This document shows positions 19,919 through 34,310 of a stretch of 64,000 bases of DNA, one piece after another. Origin of the DNA: Chrysomallon squamiferum (lineage: Eukaryota; Animalia; Mollusca); assembly GCA_012295275.1 (NCBI GenBank), contig CM022674.1, positions 1,860,001 through 1,924,000 of the forward strand, written 5' to 3'. The position numbers and the translations under genes were made by a program. The first letter of the stretch is position 1; every line of letters begins with the position of its first letter. The notes beneath the pieces were generated by a model. The model was not told the DNA's origin. It did no database searches and was given only the letters and a program-made list of their open reading frames with translations.

Positions 19919-21651
19919 GTAGTAGTAGTAGTAGTAAGTAATAATAATAATAAAAAAAATAAAAATAACAAAAAAAATAATTAAAAAAAATAAAAATAAA
20001 ATAAAATAAAAATAAAATTTATATTTCCAATTTGTCATAGACTAACACTGGAATAAATAATCCTCTACAAAATGGACACTCTCTTGTTTCACTTTGTAAT
20101 ATTTTAATGCGAAATAATTCCATTGTTTCACAGACACAACAGAATAATGAATCACTTGTGAAGAACATTTATGACTTAGATCAGATCGGAATACAGTGTT
20201 ATGTCAGCAGTAATGAATAACGATTTGTACATTTTCAGTACAAACAAAAATATCAGTACAGATGTTTGGTTTGTCGCCAGCACAACTGACAATACACTTG
20301 TTGTTGTTGTTGTTGTTGCTGTAGTTGTTAACCATCACAACCCTCTTAGAAAATATGCAAGGACAATGACACGGAATATTAGTTCAATTAAAAATAATAT
20401 CCGATTTCTATTAGTTTAAAAAAAAAAAAAAAAAACCACTAAAAAAATATTCAAGACCTCTCAAATCAGTTTTGTTTACATATATACAGAATTTAGATTA
20501 CTGCCATGAAAAGTAACAAAAAAATAAAATTCATTCTCTCAGTTTACTCTATGACAACCATACCAAGCAATAAAACCAACTTTTTTTGCTTTTTCCATTT
20601 TTTTTTTTTTTTTTTTTTGTCATTAATACTGACTTCTATTACTTTTGAAGTAACAGGTATTTAATTATTAATTCCTTTTTGGGGGGGTGTTCACATTAGC
20701 TTTCACTTTTAATCTGATTATCTACATAAACTTAAAAATCATCATAATTTATCACTCATACTAGTATGTACTGATGCCTGTTTATTATTACACTCGCTTA
20801 ATTATCATCCATGTTAAACTCCTTCATGTTACTCTTAAAGAAAAATGCCAGCCATGGTTTAGATCACTACAATATTACTCTTATGAATTTAAATCTACTT
20901 GTTGCTCACATAAACTGTTTGTAGTTTCTTACTATTATCATCATGCACATCTGCCCATTCCAATTGCTCTTAATTATCATTCATATTATGTCCAACAGAT
21001 TTATTTATCATTCACGTTAACTCTTATAATTAGATCATATTATCATCTGTATTTAACTCCAGTTTAAATACTCTCCTCAGTATTGTCCTCATTAATTCCA
21101 AAACATTAGGGAAAATTTGTTCCTATTTATCATATTCTGCACATATAACCATTAAAAACATCAAAATACTGTATCACATTCATTCTTACTTATCACCCAC
21201 ATTTACTCCTAATTATTATCAACTTCTATCATCCACATATATTATATTTACTTCTGTTTAGTTATTTCAGTTCCTGTCATCCACATATATTATGTTATTT
21301 ATTCCTAATCCTTACCCTTTTCTCCCAGTAACCACACAACAATGTACTTCTAATATCAATGCACTTCACTGCTGATTATTAACATCGACTCAAACAGAGA
21401 GTAACACATTTCTCACAGGCTTAACAAGTAGAATATTATTTTCAGTTAAAAACTCCCATCAGATGGCCACAAATCTTTAACTGAGTTAAGTTCAATCACA
21501 GACGTTATTCTGGGCATTGTGTGATCAGTTCATTTTACAAACAAAAAAAACAGAGAGAGTGGGTTTGGCTAGGTTCGGTTCTCTTTGAGTGAGATTGGCC
21601 TTTAGGCTAAATACTGTTTGACTGAAAAATGTTTTGTCTCGGTCGTGTTCA

Positions 21652-21685
<34 letters not shown>

Positions 21686-21845
21686 TGTTGTGGTTTTTTT
21701 TTGGGTAGATTCAGTTCACTTTGAGTGGCGCTGGTGTGTTCTAGGTTCAGTCCATTTTGAGTTCACTTTTGAGTAACGGCAGTGTCCTGTACAGTTTAGT
21801 TCATTTTGAGAAAAAAAAAAAAAGGGGGGGTGCATGGCTGGGTTC

Positions 21846-22323
21846 TCATTCCACTTTGATCAACAGGGCGTAGAGCATTGTCGAACCTCGCTCCTTGGTT
21901 GCCCACTCCAGTTCGTTGTTGCTGAAATGTGGATCTATTCTGTCGCTGGTTGCTATGGTTTGCGCTCCCCCCACCTTGTACGAGCCTGGTTTCACCCACA
22001 GCTGAAAGGCAACCTGAGCCTGGTAGATTTTCTTTGTCTTCGGATCAACGAATCTGAAAAGTTAACAGTTAATATCATGCCAATTAAAAGAGGTTTATAA
22101 CAATGCTCAAGAAAATAATAATAAATGAAGGAAGGAGTAAAGAAATAAATAAAAAAAACATAGAAAGAAGATAAAACATTTTTTGATTCTGATATAGTAT
22201 TCTGTTTCAATGCATGTGTGTGTGTGTGTGTGTGTATGTGTGTTTGTGTATATTTATGCATGTTCAGATGCAAGCATGTGCTTGTTTTTGTGTATGTATC
22301 TAGAATTAGTTTCAATATTTGCA

Positions 22324-22365
<42 letters not shown>

Positions 22366-22841
22366 CATGTACATATATTTGTGTGTGTGTATATGTATTT
22401 CTGTGTGTAGAATGCATGTGCATTCATGTGCACATGTACGTGTGTGTGTGTGTGTGTATGAGTCTGGACATGAGCTGTGAGTACTCACCTCTGTTTAGGA
22501 GAGAATTCTGGTGAGCCTGCGTATCTGACAGTGGGTGAAAATGAGATTTGCTGACCACTGAAACTGTCAGGTTTTGACTTCTCTGTGAACACCTGAGGTT
22601 GTGGGATCAAAATACTGTTTCCTTTTGTACAGTCTCCTGTTAACAGAAACCAAACAAAATAAAATAAAACAGTCATTATAGGTAACAGGCCAGTTATTCA
22701 GTTTAACAAAAAAGTTAAATTAAAAAAGTACAGCTTCCAAGGTCTAATAATTTGTATGAGGGTATCTGTTTAATACAGATTTCTTCTTTACTTTTCATTG
22801 TTTATTTTGTATTTTAAATTATATATATATATGTACTCACA

Positions 22842-22882
<41 letters not shown>

Positions 22883-25800
22883 ACACTAAGACTTGGTAGA
22901 GAAAGAAATTTTTTTTTATTTAAAAAGTTCTTATTCACCTCTATGCTTGCAAGATAAATGGTCCAATAACTACAGTATTAAAATTGAACAATGCTTTTCA
23001 AAACACAAAAGTGATAATATTAACTGACATGATATTTACTGATTATCTTTATCACTGCAAAATGATTTTATATTAATCAAAATCAAACAACGGTATTTTT
23101 CTGCTAAGTTTTTATGCTTAAAACATGAAATCATATTTATTAATGTGAAAAATAATATCTATCAATGACAGCATAATGCTCTGATATGAAACAGTAATAT
23201 TTGTGCCATTATAGTATTATTTACCGACATGAAAGGTAATATTTACAAAATAACCAAATCAAATTTATAAAAGAAACAATAATTACAGCAATAAAGATTA
23301 AATGAAATTACAAATGACACAGCTGAAATACACAAATGAGAAACAATCAATGGGTAAAGGAAGCTAACTCATAATTAAAGGAAGACAACTCAGTACATAA
23401 AGGGAGACAACTCAGTACATAAAGGGAGATAACTCAGTACATGAAGGGAGATAACTGAGTACATAAAGAGAGATAACTAACCAGGTAGAAGCAGGTCTCC
23501 ATAATCTAGAATTCTCCGGACTGATTCTATTCGTGCTCCGTGATAAGCTGCATGCCATTTCTCATAAACATTCAGAGAATGTGCTTTGCACTGAGGCCTG
23601 TAGAATAAAGACAAAAAAAACAACAAAAAAAAAATGAAAAAATCTGAATAATACGGACTGTAAAAAGACAAGAAGAAAGAAAACAAAAAAGACAAATAAA
23701 TGAAGAAAACAAAAGAAAGAAAAACAATCCAAAAGTCGTAATATATTTAAATATTGTTTGTATATTACTGAATATATTAAGATGTGTGTGTTTGCCTGTG
23801 TGTGTTTTGATAGAGATATAAAACAGATTTACGTTAAAACAAATCTACACCAGCCATAGGGAATAGCATAATCCCTTGGTGGGTCTCCACGGCAATGGTA
23901 TAGGTTATCTCCCCTGATTTTGTGACACATCTCACAAAAGCACATGTTGAACTGCCCATCAAAGTAGCCATCTGAAAAATAAAAATTAGCAAAAATTATA
24001 AACACACAATAAATTTTAAATACTACTACTACCACCACTACAACTACTAGTACTTCAACTACTCCTACCACTGTCACTGCTACTGCTGCTGCTACTACTA
24101 CTACTACTGCTACTACTACCACAAGTGCTATTACTGCCACTAATGGTAACAAATATATTAATAATAACAACAGTAATAATAAAAATAATATTAATTTGAA
24201 CACGTCGTCAATAAAACAAAATATTTTCTAAAAATGAACAGTTACAACTGACTATATTTATAATTAACATTTCGACATATACGGATGTGTACGAGCATCA
24301 GTCATTGTACAGGTAATAATTCTAATTGTCTGTGACACCTGAGTTGATTAGGATTTTTTTTACCTGGCAGACCGAGAGAGGTGCGAAGTCTCGAACACAG
24401 ATTCTGGTATTCACAGTTACGTAGAATATTTGTCTCAATACACAGTTTTGTTCCTATTTTCTCTTTCATCACTGAAACAAAACAAAAAAGTAAAAAAAAT
24501 AATAAATCATATATAAAAAGCGAGTTATACTAATTAACTTGAAAAAAGTAAACAAATATTAACAGCTTCATTAATTAAGAAAATAAGATATGGAACTGCT
24601 GTACAAGTATGGACGTCTGAATTAAGAACAGGTGGATTGCTGTGCAAAAACAGACAAAAGACAAAAGACATCATGTCACAGAATCCTCTATAGAGTTCCA
24701 GTTTCTCACAAAGAGATGACAATATTAACTGCTTAATTAAGAAAATAAGCTGGGGAATTTCTACAGAAGTATGGATGTCTCAATTAACTACTAGATGGTT
24801 TGATCTTCCAAAAACATATATATGTTACAGCACACTTTATCCAGTACCACACTACCACAAAGGAATATTACATGTTTCATTTTTTAAAAATAAGCCATAG
24901 AACTGCTATGTCAGTATAGATCTGTGTAAGTAAGAAGTAAAAGTACATTCACTTTCACTTACGAATACTACTTACCATTGTCTGTATTGGCTTTTTTGAT
25001 TACTTACCATTGTCTATATCAACTTTTTCAAATTACTCACCATTGTCTATATCAGCTTTTTCAAATTACTTACCATTGTCTATATCAACTTTTTCAATTA
25101 CTTACCATCGTCTATATCAGCTTTTTCAAATTACTTACCATCGTCTATATCAGCTTTTTCCCTGTCATCAACACCGTTTAATGGAGGAAGATTACTGACA
25201 TCATCACCAACAATTGTAACCTTGAAAAATAAAAAAATATTTTTAACTTTGCAATGAAGTAAAGTGTCTCATGCATTAAAATGTTTGTTGTGACATCATT
25301 TTATTAACATAAATAATATAATATTAAAAAAAAAAAAAAATCAAATTTTTGGTTTCATGCATTTCCATGATCTTGTTATTTTATATAGTCTTGTGTTATT
25401 AGTAGTAAATGTTGGTTATCAGTAAAAAACAAAAATAACTTGGAAGGATACAGAAATAATATTCTGGTCAAAATAATCAGGTAAAGTCAAGTTATAATTA
25501 AAAAAAACCCACCATGTATACATATATATATATAACAGAACTACTTAACAATGATGTAAAACATAAAATGATTTTAATTATTCATTTTAGCATTAATTTT
25601 AACAAACTACCAAAATATTACACATGAAATTTAAAAAAAACCTGGAATACACAAAAGATTCTCCCAATTATTAATTTTCTTAATATCCAAACTTAAAAGG
25701 TTAAACAAAAATAGTTTAATCAACATGTATTATTATCTTTTCTTACAACACACAACAATTATCTAATTAATTTATTTCAAACCAGGTCAGCTCACTCTAT

Positions 25801-27227
25801 TCTAACACAAACAGGTGTAACATTAAAAGAAAGCAATACACACCTGTTCACACTGTCCATACACATCCACAAGGGCGTAACATGGGCTGGGGACATCCCT
25901 GATGGCCACACCTTGGTCTACCCCGTTAACATACAGGTGTAGACAGTTATCCTCATCAACTACGACACCAACAAAATGCCCACACTGCATATTGTCTAAA
26001 TTTGGACCATACCGCTCTTTGATCTGCAAAACATTAATGATGATGGTAATTCATCACAACATAAAATCTAAATGATGATGATGATGATGATACTCTTTTG
26101 TGGAAATCATACTACTGATGATGATAATAAATATTTCAGATGATGCTAATTCATAACAACAATAAAATTTAAATGATGATGATGACAACAACAACAACAG
26201 TCTCTAAGTGTTCCTACTACCCTCAGACCAAATTTTATTTAAAAAAAAAAATATATATATATATAAATTTTAAATTATATGTTTTTTTTTTTAAATTCTA
26301 TCAAAAATGTCAACTTTGTAGAGACCTTATAGCCACTTGTAAACACTGAATCTCCATGGATGATGATTGCTGATTTCTTTATGCTGATCGCCGAACCAGG
26401 AAAGTTGTATCTGTCAGGTACGAAACCCAAAACTCCAATCATTATCGACGAACTCCATTTGGGGTTTATCTTGTCTATCCGAACCTGGTGGGGGTGGGGG
26501 GAGGGAAAAGTAGATAAGTAAGCAAGCAAGTAGATAAATAAATAAATAAGTAAGTGATTTAAGCAAGTAAAAGTATGAAAGGAAGTAACCAGTTAGGAAA
26601 ATGAGTAAATAAGTATGACTGGACTTAAGAAAGTAAGTAAGTTAATAAATAAATAAATAAATAAATAAGTTAATAAATAAATAAATACATAAATAATAAA
26701 AACATAAAATAAGAAAGTAAATAAATAAGTAAAGAGACAAAAAAAAAAAAAAAAATATGTAAATAACTGAATTAAACACTAGACATAAAAATATATATAT
26801 ATCATTATATGACTGAATGAATAACAGTTAATGAGACAAGTGTATAAATGAATGAATGAAAGAAAGAGAAAAATAAAGAAAAATAAATAATATATAACTA
26901 ATGCTTGCATAACAACACAACTACAAATATCATCATTACAACAATCATTGTCACCATAATCACTGACAACATAAATCTTTAAAAGTCAACAAAAAGAAGA
27001 AGAAGAAAAAAACAACATTCACCTGAAATATTTTCTTGCGAGGAAGAGGTTTGCTTGTGACAACGATGCCCTGGTTGTAGCTGCTCTGTCTGCTGGCTGT
27101 CATGTTGCCCACACTCAGACAAATGTTCTTGCCGTGGTTGCCATGGAAACTGGGCAAAGTGACGGGCGGTGTGCAGGTGTCTCGATCTTGGTCGACCTTA
27201 AGTGAAGAAATGTTTGTTTTAAATCTT

Positions 27228-27286
<59 letters not shown>

Positions 27287-30200
27287 CTTATTTATATACT
27301 TATATCTTTGTTATGTTAATATTCATTTATATCTTTATTATATATTATAAATGATTACTGTTAATGAAAGATAGGGTACCGATCCATATAAACAAAAGTG
27401 TGAGAAATTCCTAAATCTGTTATTTTCAATTAAAAACATTGTAAATTTTTAATGTTACACTTTTAATTTTCAATTAAAAACATGGAAAATGTTTAATGTT
27501 ACACTTTTAATGTTAGTTAGTTTGTTGACAGCTAACACACTAACCTGGTGTGTGGACTTACACTTGTAATGTTAGTTTGTTAGTAAGTTAGTAGACAGCT
27601 AACACACTAACCTGGTGTGTGGAGTTACACTTTTAATGTTAGTTAGTTTGTTAGTAAGTTAGTAGACAGCTAACACACTAACCTGGTGTGTGGAGTTATA
27701 CTTTTAGTTTAGTTAGTTTGTTAGTAAGTTAGTAGACAGCTAACACACTAACCTGGTGTGTGGAGTTACACTTTTAATGTTAGTTTGTTAGTAAGTTAGT
27801 AGACAGCTAACACACTAACCTGGTGTGTGGAGTTACACTTTTAATGTTAGTTAGTTTGTTAGTTAAGTTAGTTTGTTAGACAGCTAACACACTAACCTGG
27901 TGTGTGGAGTTACACTTTTAATGTTAGTTAGTTTGTTAGTAAGTTAGTAGACAGCTAACACACTAACCTGGTGTGTGGAGTTACACTTTTAATGTTAGTT
28001 AGTTTGTTAGTAAGTTAGTAGACAGCTAACACACTAACCTGGTGTGTGGAGTTACACTTGTAATGTTAGTTAGTTTGTTAGTAAGTTAGTAGACAGCTAA
28101 CACACTAATCTGGTGTGTGGAGTTACACTTTTAATGTTAATTTGTTTGTTAGTAAGTTAGTAGACAGCTAACACACTAACCTGGTGTGTGGAGTTACACT
28201 TTTAATGTTAGTTTGTTAGTAAGTTAGTAGACAGCTAACACACTAACCTGGTGGCCACTGCTGTCGTCAGTGGTGATAGAACGTGGAGTTCCCGGACTCT
28301 CACAGGCCACGCTGCTGATAATACTGACAGTCTCCACAGCTCCATACAAGTCTATCACAGCAAACACATTCTAAACAAACAAACAAATAAATAAACAAAT
28401 AAATAAACAAATAAACAAAAACAAACAAAAAAACAAACAAACAAAACAAACAAACAAACAAACAAACAAACAAACAAACAAAGACAGATAGATACACCGA
28501 CAGACAGATAGACAGATAGTTAGATATAGATTGATAGATAAATTGATAGAAACATCAGCAATTAAACAGATCAATAAACAAGAAATGAATAAAATCAATC
28601 AATATTTCAATCAATCAATAAATCAATCAATCCATCACTACATAAATAGTTTAATAAGTAAATAAATAACTATATAAAGTAACAAGCAAACAAATAAATA
28701 AATATATAAACAAATAAATAAATATATAAACAAACAAATAAATAATTAAACAAACACTCAGATAAATTTTAAAAAGTAAATTATTTCAAGCAAACCTTTG
28801 GAATATTTGAAGCAGCAACTCCGAGATCTTCTCCGTTTAAATAAATATGCATAGTTCCGTCTGAGCATCTCCGCAAGCCAATCCTGTTACCTATCTGTAA
28901 AAATAAAAAACATTAACATTCATTTTCAACTTCTTACACTGAACCTGAAGCACGCAAAATACATCAATATTCATTCTTTTGTAAATAAACCTGTCCCATC
29001 ATTTTTTAATTATAATTATCAGTTTTAATTAATACACTTTAAAATTAATATACTTTCAATTTTAGTCAAAGATAGACGTGAAAACAGAGACATAATTAAA
29101 CAAAGTTATTCAAAATACAATAAGAATTTTCATAAAACCATCTATCATTTGTAAATAAAAAAGATTTTGCAAACAATCCTTTCCAAACCCTAATTTACAG
29201 CTGCATTTTATAAAAAATTCTAGAATTTAAAAAAAAATTATAAAAATATCTATATATATATATATATATTACCTCTAATCTCTCTAGAGAAGGGGCATAA
29301 TTCTCCTTGATTGTGACCCCGCACTTCTTGACCTCTGACCCTGACACGATCCACGTGACCTTGGAAGTGATTTCCTCTGCGAGTGAAGGAATCTGGGAGA
29401 TGGGGGTGTTGTCAGACACGGCCATTGTAGTCAGACCAATGTGCATCGACCCTGACCACTGCTTCGATATCTGCTCCACTTTTACCTGTAACAGGTTAAT
29501 TACTTATTTGTTTATTTATTCATAAATAACTGTTTTTAGTTCATTTATTCATTCATTCATTATTTATTTATTCATAAATAACAATTTAATTCTATTTGAT
29601 TTTTGATTTTATTTATTGATTTATTCATTCATTTGTTCATCTATTTATTCACTCATTCATTTATTTATTTAATGTTTGTTTATTTATTTGGTTACTTATT
29701 TACCTATTGACTTATGTAGATACTTAAGTACTTCCTTATTTACTTACCTACCTTCTTACATATTTATGAATTTATCTATTATTTCTTTATTTTATTTTTG
29801 ATACATATATATTAAACTAACTGACAGCAAAGACATCTCATCTTTCATTCTGTGTGTCTGTCTTTTTCTCTATTTGTCTGTCTGTCTGTCTGTCTATCTG
29901 ATAATCGTCCTGTCATTTAGTTCTGTATCCATCCATCCATCCATCTGTTTGTCTCTCTATATGTCTGCCTATCCAGCATTCTTTCCACCGATTTATCCAT
30001 CTACCTATCAAACAACTCATCCATTTACCTATATACCTGAATCTCTATGTCTTTCTGTCTGTGTGTCTGTGTGTCTGTGTCAGATTCTGATATTTTGATT
30101 TCACTCACCTCAAACAGTTCGTCGTGTTTCAACGGCTCCGAGCTGAAAACAACCCCGTGGTTGAAGTTTCTGATCCGTGATGCAGAACAGCCGTTGTTCT

Positions 30201-31160
30201 TGATGACGATGTTTTTGCCACAGCAGTTGCTGAACCTGTGTGTCATTTCTGACGACAATGACAATGACGACATCAACATCAATGTCTTTGTTTGTATAAT
30301 GCTAATTACTGTTATATTTGACATATATATACACACACACACACATGCATACACATATGTACTTATTATATATATATATAGATAGATATAGATAGGTAGA
30401 TAGATAGATAGATAGATGAAATTTTAGAAAAAAATACATACAAAATTGTAAAATATCAAATTTGTTAACTAATTTAAAGAAACAAGGGTTACGTAAATAA
30501 GAAAAATTATAAAAATAACCGATTCATATCTGCCAATCTGTCAACATGTCTTCTGCATATATTATTAACTTTTAGAGCTCAGAGTGTGAATTATCTTATT
30601 TCCTTATCTGGGAATCAAGATTATGTTTTTTGCTTTGGAAATATCTTACTAACATGTTATGCAAGAGCTCAAAACCTGTCAGCAACATCCTGGCAAAATC
30701 AGGAGCCTATGAACAGTGAGTCACATGGCAGAATAAGGAGCTTGAGGTTCAAAGAGTTAGTTGCAAAAAAAAAAAATATATATATATATAAATTTGAGAA
30801 ACGCAGACACCAAAGACATAAATAACCCAACAAACCTGAAGTGAGAGGTGAAGAAAGAGAAAACTCGGTTTCTCCAGTTAGTGGGTGATTTTCCGATGGA
30901 TTCAGGCTGGATCCACTGGTAATTGTCACCTGAGCGCACTGACCGTACAGGTCAATCACTGCATACACGTCTGAAACAGAACAAGTGAGAAATTGAATGT
31001 GAGGCAACTGCAAGAGGTAATGAGAAAAGAGAGAGAAATGAACTGTGTAGTACTGAAAACTTTACTATTAGCAAAGGGTCATTTCCAGTTTCAAAATTAA
31101 AAAAAAAAAAAAAAAAACATTTGGAATAAATAAGAATAAATAATAATTATTTTTATTATA

Positions 31161-31202
<42 letters not shown>

Positions 31203-34200
31203 GCATATAGATCAATTAGCAGCTAAATATCATTTTCCAGCTCTAACCATAATCAATTAATACAATCTAGCAGCTAGAACCACTAATCATTTTCCTTTCC
31301 CACTCTAGTCTTTAACCATTAATCTACTTATGATTTTACCACTAATCTACTCATGATTAAAATCCACCACTAATCTACTTTTTAAATTTAACCCACCAAC
31401 CTACTCACAATTTAACCAGTAACATCTACTCCCATTCTAACAACCGATTAACCAATCACTCTCTAACCGTTAACCTACTCCTACCAGTCTACTTATGCTT
31501 TAAATGTCGATCCACTCGTACACTCTTATCCAATCACTCATCTAAAAACCCCTCTGTGCCCCGACTAATGAAAAACTTGCACTTTTTTTTCTTTTCATGA
31601 ATTTTTAAAAAACCTGGACTCACCTGCAGGAATATCGGAACATGCTGCACCCTGGTCCTCCCCGTTGAGAAAATAATGCAACGTGCCGTCGCAGCAGCGC
31701 ATCATCCCAATGCGGTTGCCGACGGTAACCGTGTCAAGGTCAAGAGGATAGGCATTGTGGACAGGCGAGATTGTGCAGCCGTCCTTCATAATGGCCGAAC
31801 CACTGGAAAAAAATATTTAATAAACATAAAGAAAGTTAACAGATGTGGAAGTATAATACTTCATCACAAGTTGAGACTGTAGAACTAAAAAAACCTCGGT
31901 ATGTGCTGTCTTGACAACGAGCTTGTAAAAATGTAAATTGCTGCAGCTCTGCTTTTAAAGAATGTATTATCACAATTGTTAAAATGTCCAAATGTCCAGC
32001 AGGTGCTGGCAGGAAATCATTCAAAGTACCTTTAGTGACAACTGACGTAATTAGGAAACTTAAAGTTTTGATAACAGTTTAATAACAAAAGTTTATCAAA
32101 AGAAGAGTAATTATTATAATGAAACAGTTTATTTATAGATGTGTGTGACAGAAACAAACATTTTGCAGGAAGTTTTAATAAAATAGTTATGAAAACAAAC
32201 CAGAAGCAAAAACTGATTTAAATAAAAGCATAATTTTTTCAGTAAAATGTAAAATATGGAATTACAATTGAGTTGGCACTTTAGCTGTTAACTGGCAGTT
32301 TACAAGTGGTTATGATTATTTATAAAAATGGAGATTTAAGGTAAGATATTTTACCTGAGCATCCAGGTGGAGTAATTTATGTCTGTCATTGTGTGAGTGA
32401 ATTCCAGATCTTCTGGTTTTATTAATGTCACACCTGTAAAACATCAATGCAAGTGAGGTTAAAATATCAACATCAGTGACAACATTAAAATAACAACATC
32501 AATGACAATGAATTATCAACTTCAGTGACATTAAAATAACAACATCAGTGACAGCATTAAAATAACAACATCAGTGACAGCATTAAAATATCAACATCAA
32601 TGACAACATTAAAATATCAACATCAATGACAACATTAAAATATCAACATCAATGACAACATTAAAATATCAACATCAATGACAACACTAAAATGACAACA
32701 TTAAAATAACAACATCAGTGGCAACATTAAATTATCAACATCAATGACAACAATGAATTACTGACTTCAGTGACAACATTAAAATATCAACATCAATGAC
32801 AACATTAAAATATCAACATCAGTGACAACATTAAAATTTCAATGTCAGTGATATTAAATTATCAACATCAATGACAACAATGAAATATCAACTTCAGTGA
32901 ATTAAAAATATCAACATTAATGACATTTAAAATATCAACATTAGTTACAACATTAAAACATCAACATCAGTGACAACATTAAAATATCAACACACCAACT
33001 GAAAACTGCTAAGTGACTTATACATTATCAACAAGACAGATTGCTGTCAAAATAGACTGAGCACTGAAAGGGTTAAAATATCAAAATTAAGTGCAGCCAT
33101 CAGTGACAGCATTATCAGTAATAAAGACATAACTTTAATGATATTAACGTAGTATTATTATTATTAAATGGATTAAATGTCAAAGGCAGTTAATAAGAAG
33201 ACGTTGTTATCCTGATGTTGTCACTGATGTTGATATTTTAATGTTGTTAATGTTAATTATTTAATGTTGTCATTATTGTAATCTTAATGTAACAATAAAA
33301 TTTAAAAGATAAAAATCACCATATATATTTATGTATAAAACTTAAGATAATGTTTTTGATTAAACAATTTAGTGTTTCAGAATTTAGGTTATTTTTAATA
33401 ATATTTTTAGTAACTGAATTCTGAAGCTCTCTACAATAACATCAAACTGGTTTAAGATTTAAAAAGTGATCCACATTTTCAAAAGGACTTTTTTGTATTT
33501 CATTTAACTTTTTTTCAGCCTTAATGGTGGTAACTAATGGTTATGTAAATTCACATGCAATAATTTATTCATAAACCTGATGATGATGGTAATAATAATA
33601 ATAATATTAATAATAATAAAAACCTTAGTTTTAAGTCAGTTTTAAAAAACAAAAATATGGTGTTTGTTTTAACAAAAAGCTTTTTTCTCACTTATCAAGT
33701 TTATATGCTACAATACAACAGTGCAGAAAAATTATATTAAAAAAAAATGGTGCAGCCTTATGATTTCATTTTCTTGACCAGTAATAAACAAGGATAAGAA
33801 AACTGAAATGATTATTATTTTTTTCTTTTATTTAAAATACATAAATAAATAAATAAACCTTTAAAATAAAAAGGAAAGAAAGGACAAAAAGAAACAAAAA
33901 GGAAAGACAAATTTAATTAAATAAAAGAAGAAAAGATGAAAATAAAAATTCATGTTCTAGTTATGATTAATTTTTTTTCTCAAATTGTCTGCAACCACCT
34001 ATGAAAATGATTTTTTTTTATTTATATAAATAATAATAACAATAATAATAATGTAACAAATTTCAGTGTTTTATTTTATACAAGGAAAAAAAAATGAAAT
34101 AAATAACATTTTGATAAAATTATCTTCATATTTGCAACAGCTTGAATGAAATTACTTCCTAACAACTGTGAAGGAAAATGTAAATTAATATCCATGTTTG

Positions 34201-34219
34201 TTTGGAAATCATTTTATGC

Positions 34220-34310
<91 letters not shown>

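Noticed and set aside
21796-21999. 67-aa minus-strand ORF as the NEURL4 C-terminus
   Set aside because: Wrong frame; splice phase gives ...YALLIKVE* ending at 21846.
27495-28253. Regularly spaced repeats resembling a CRISPR array
   Set aside because: The intervening sequences are themselves near-identical (no unique spacers), there are no cas genes, and the context is a eukaryotic intron.
31250-31545. Degenerate aatctact/ttaacc repeats resembling telomeric sequence
   Set aside because: No run of true TTAGGG units; it looks like an old decayed minisatellite.
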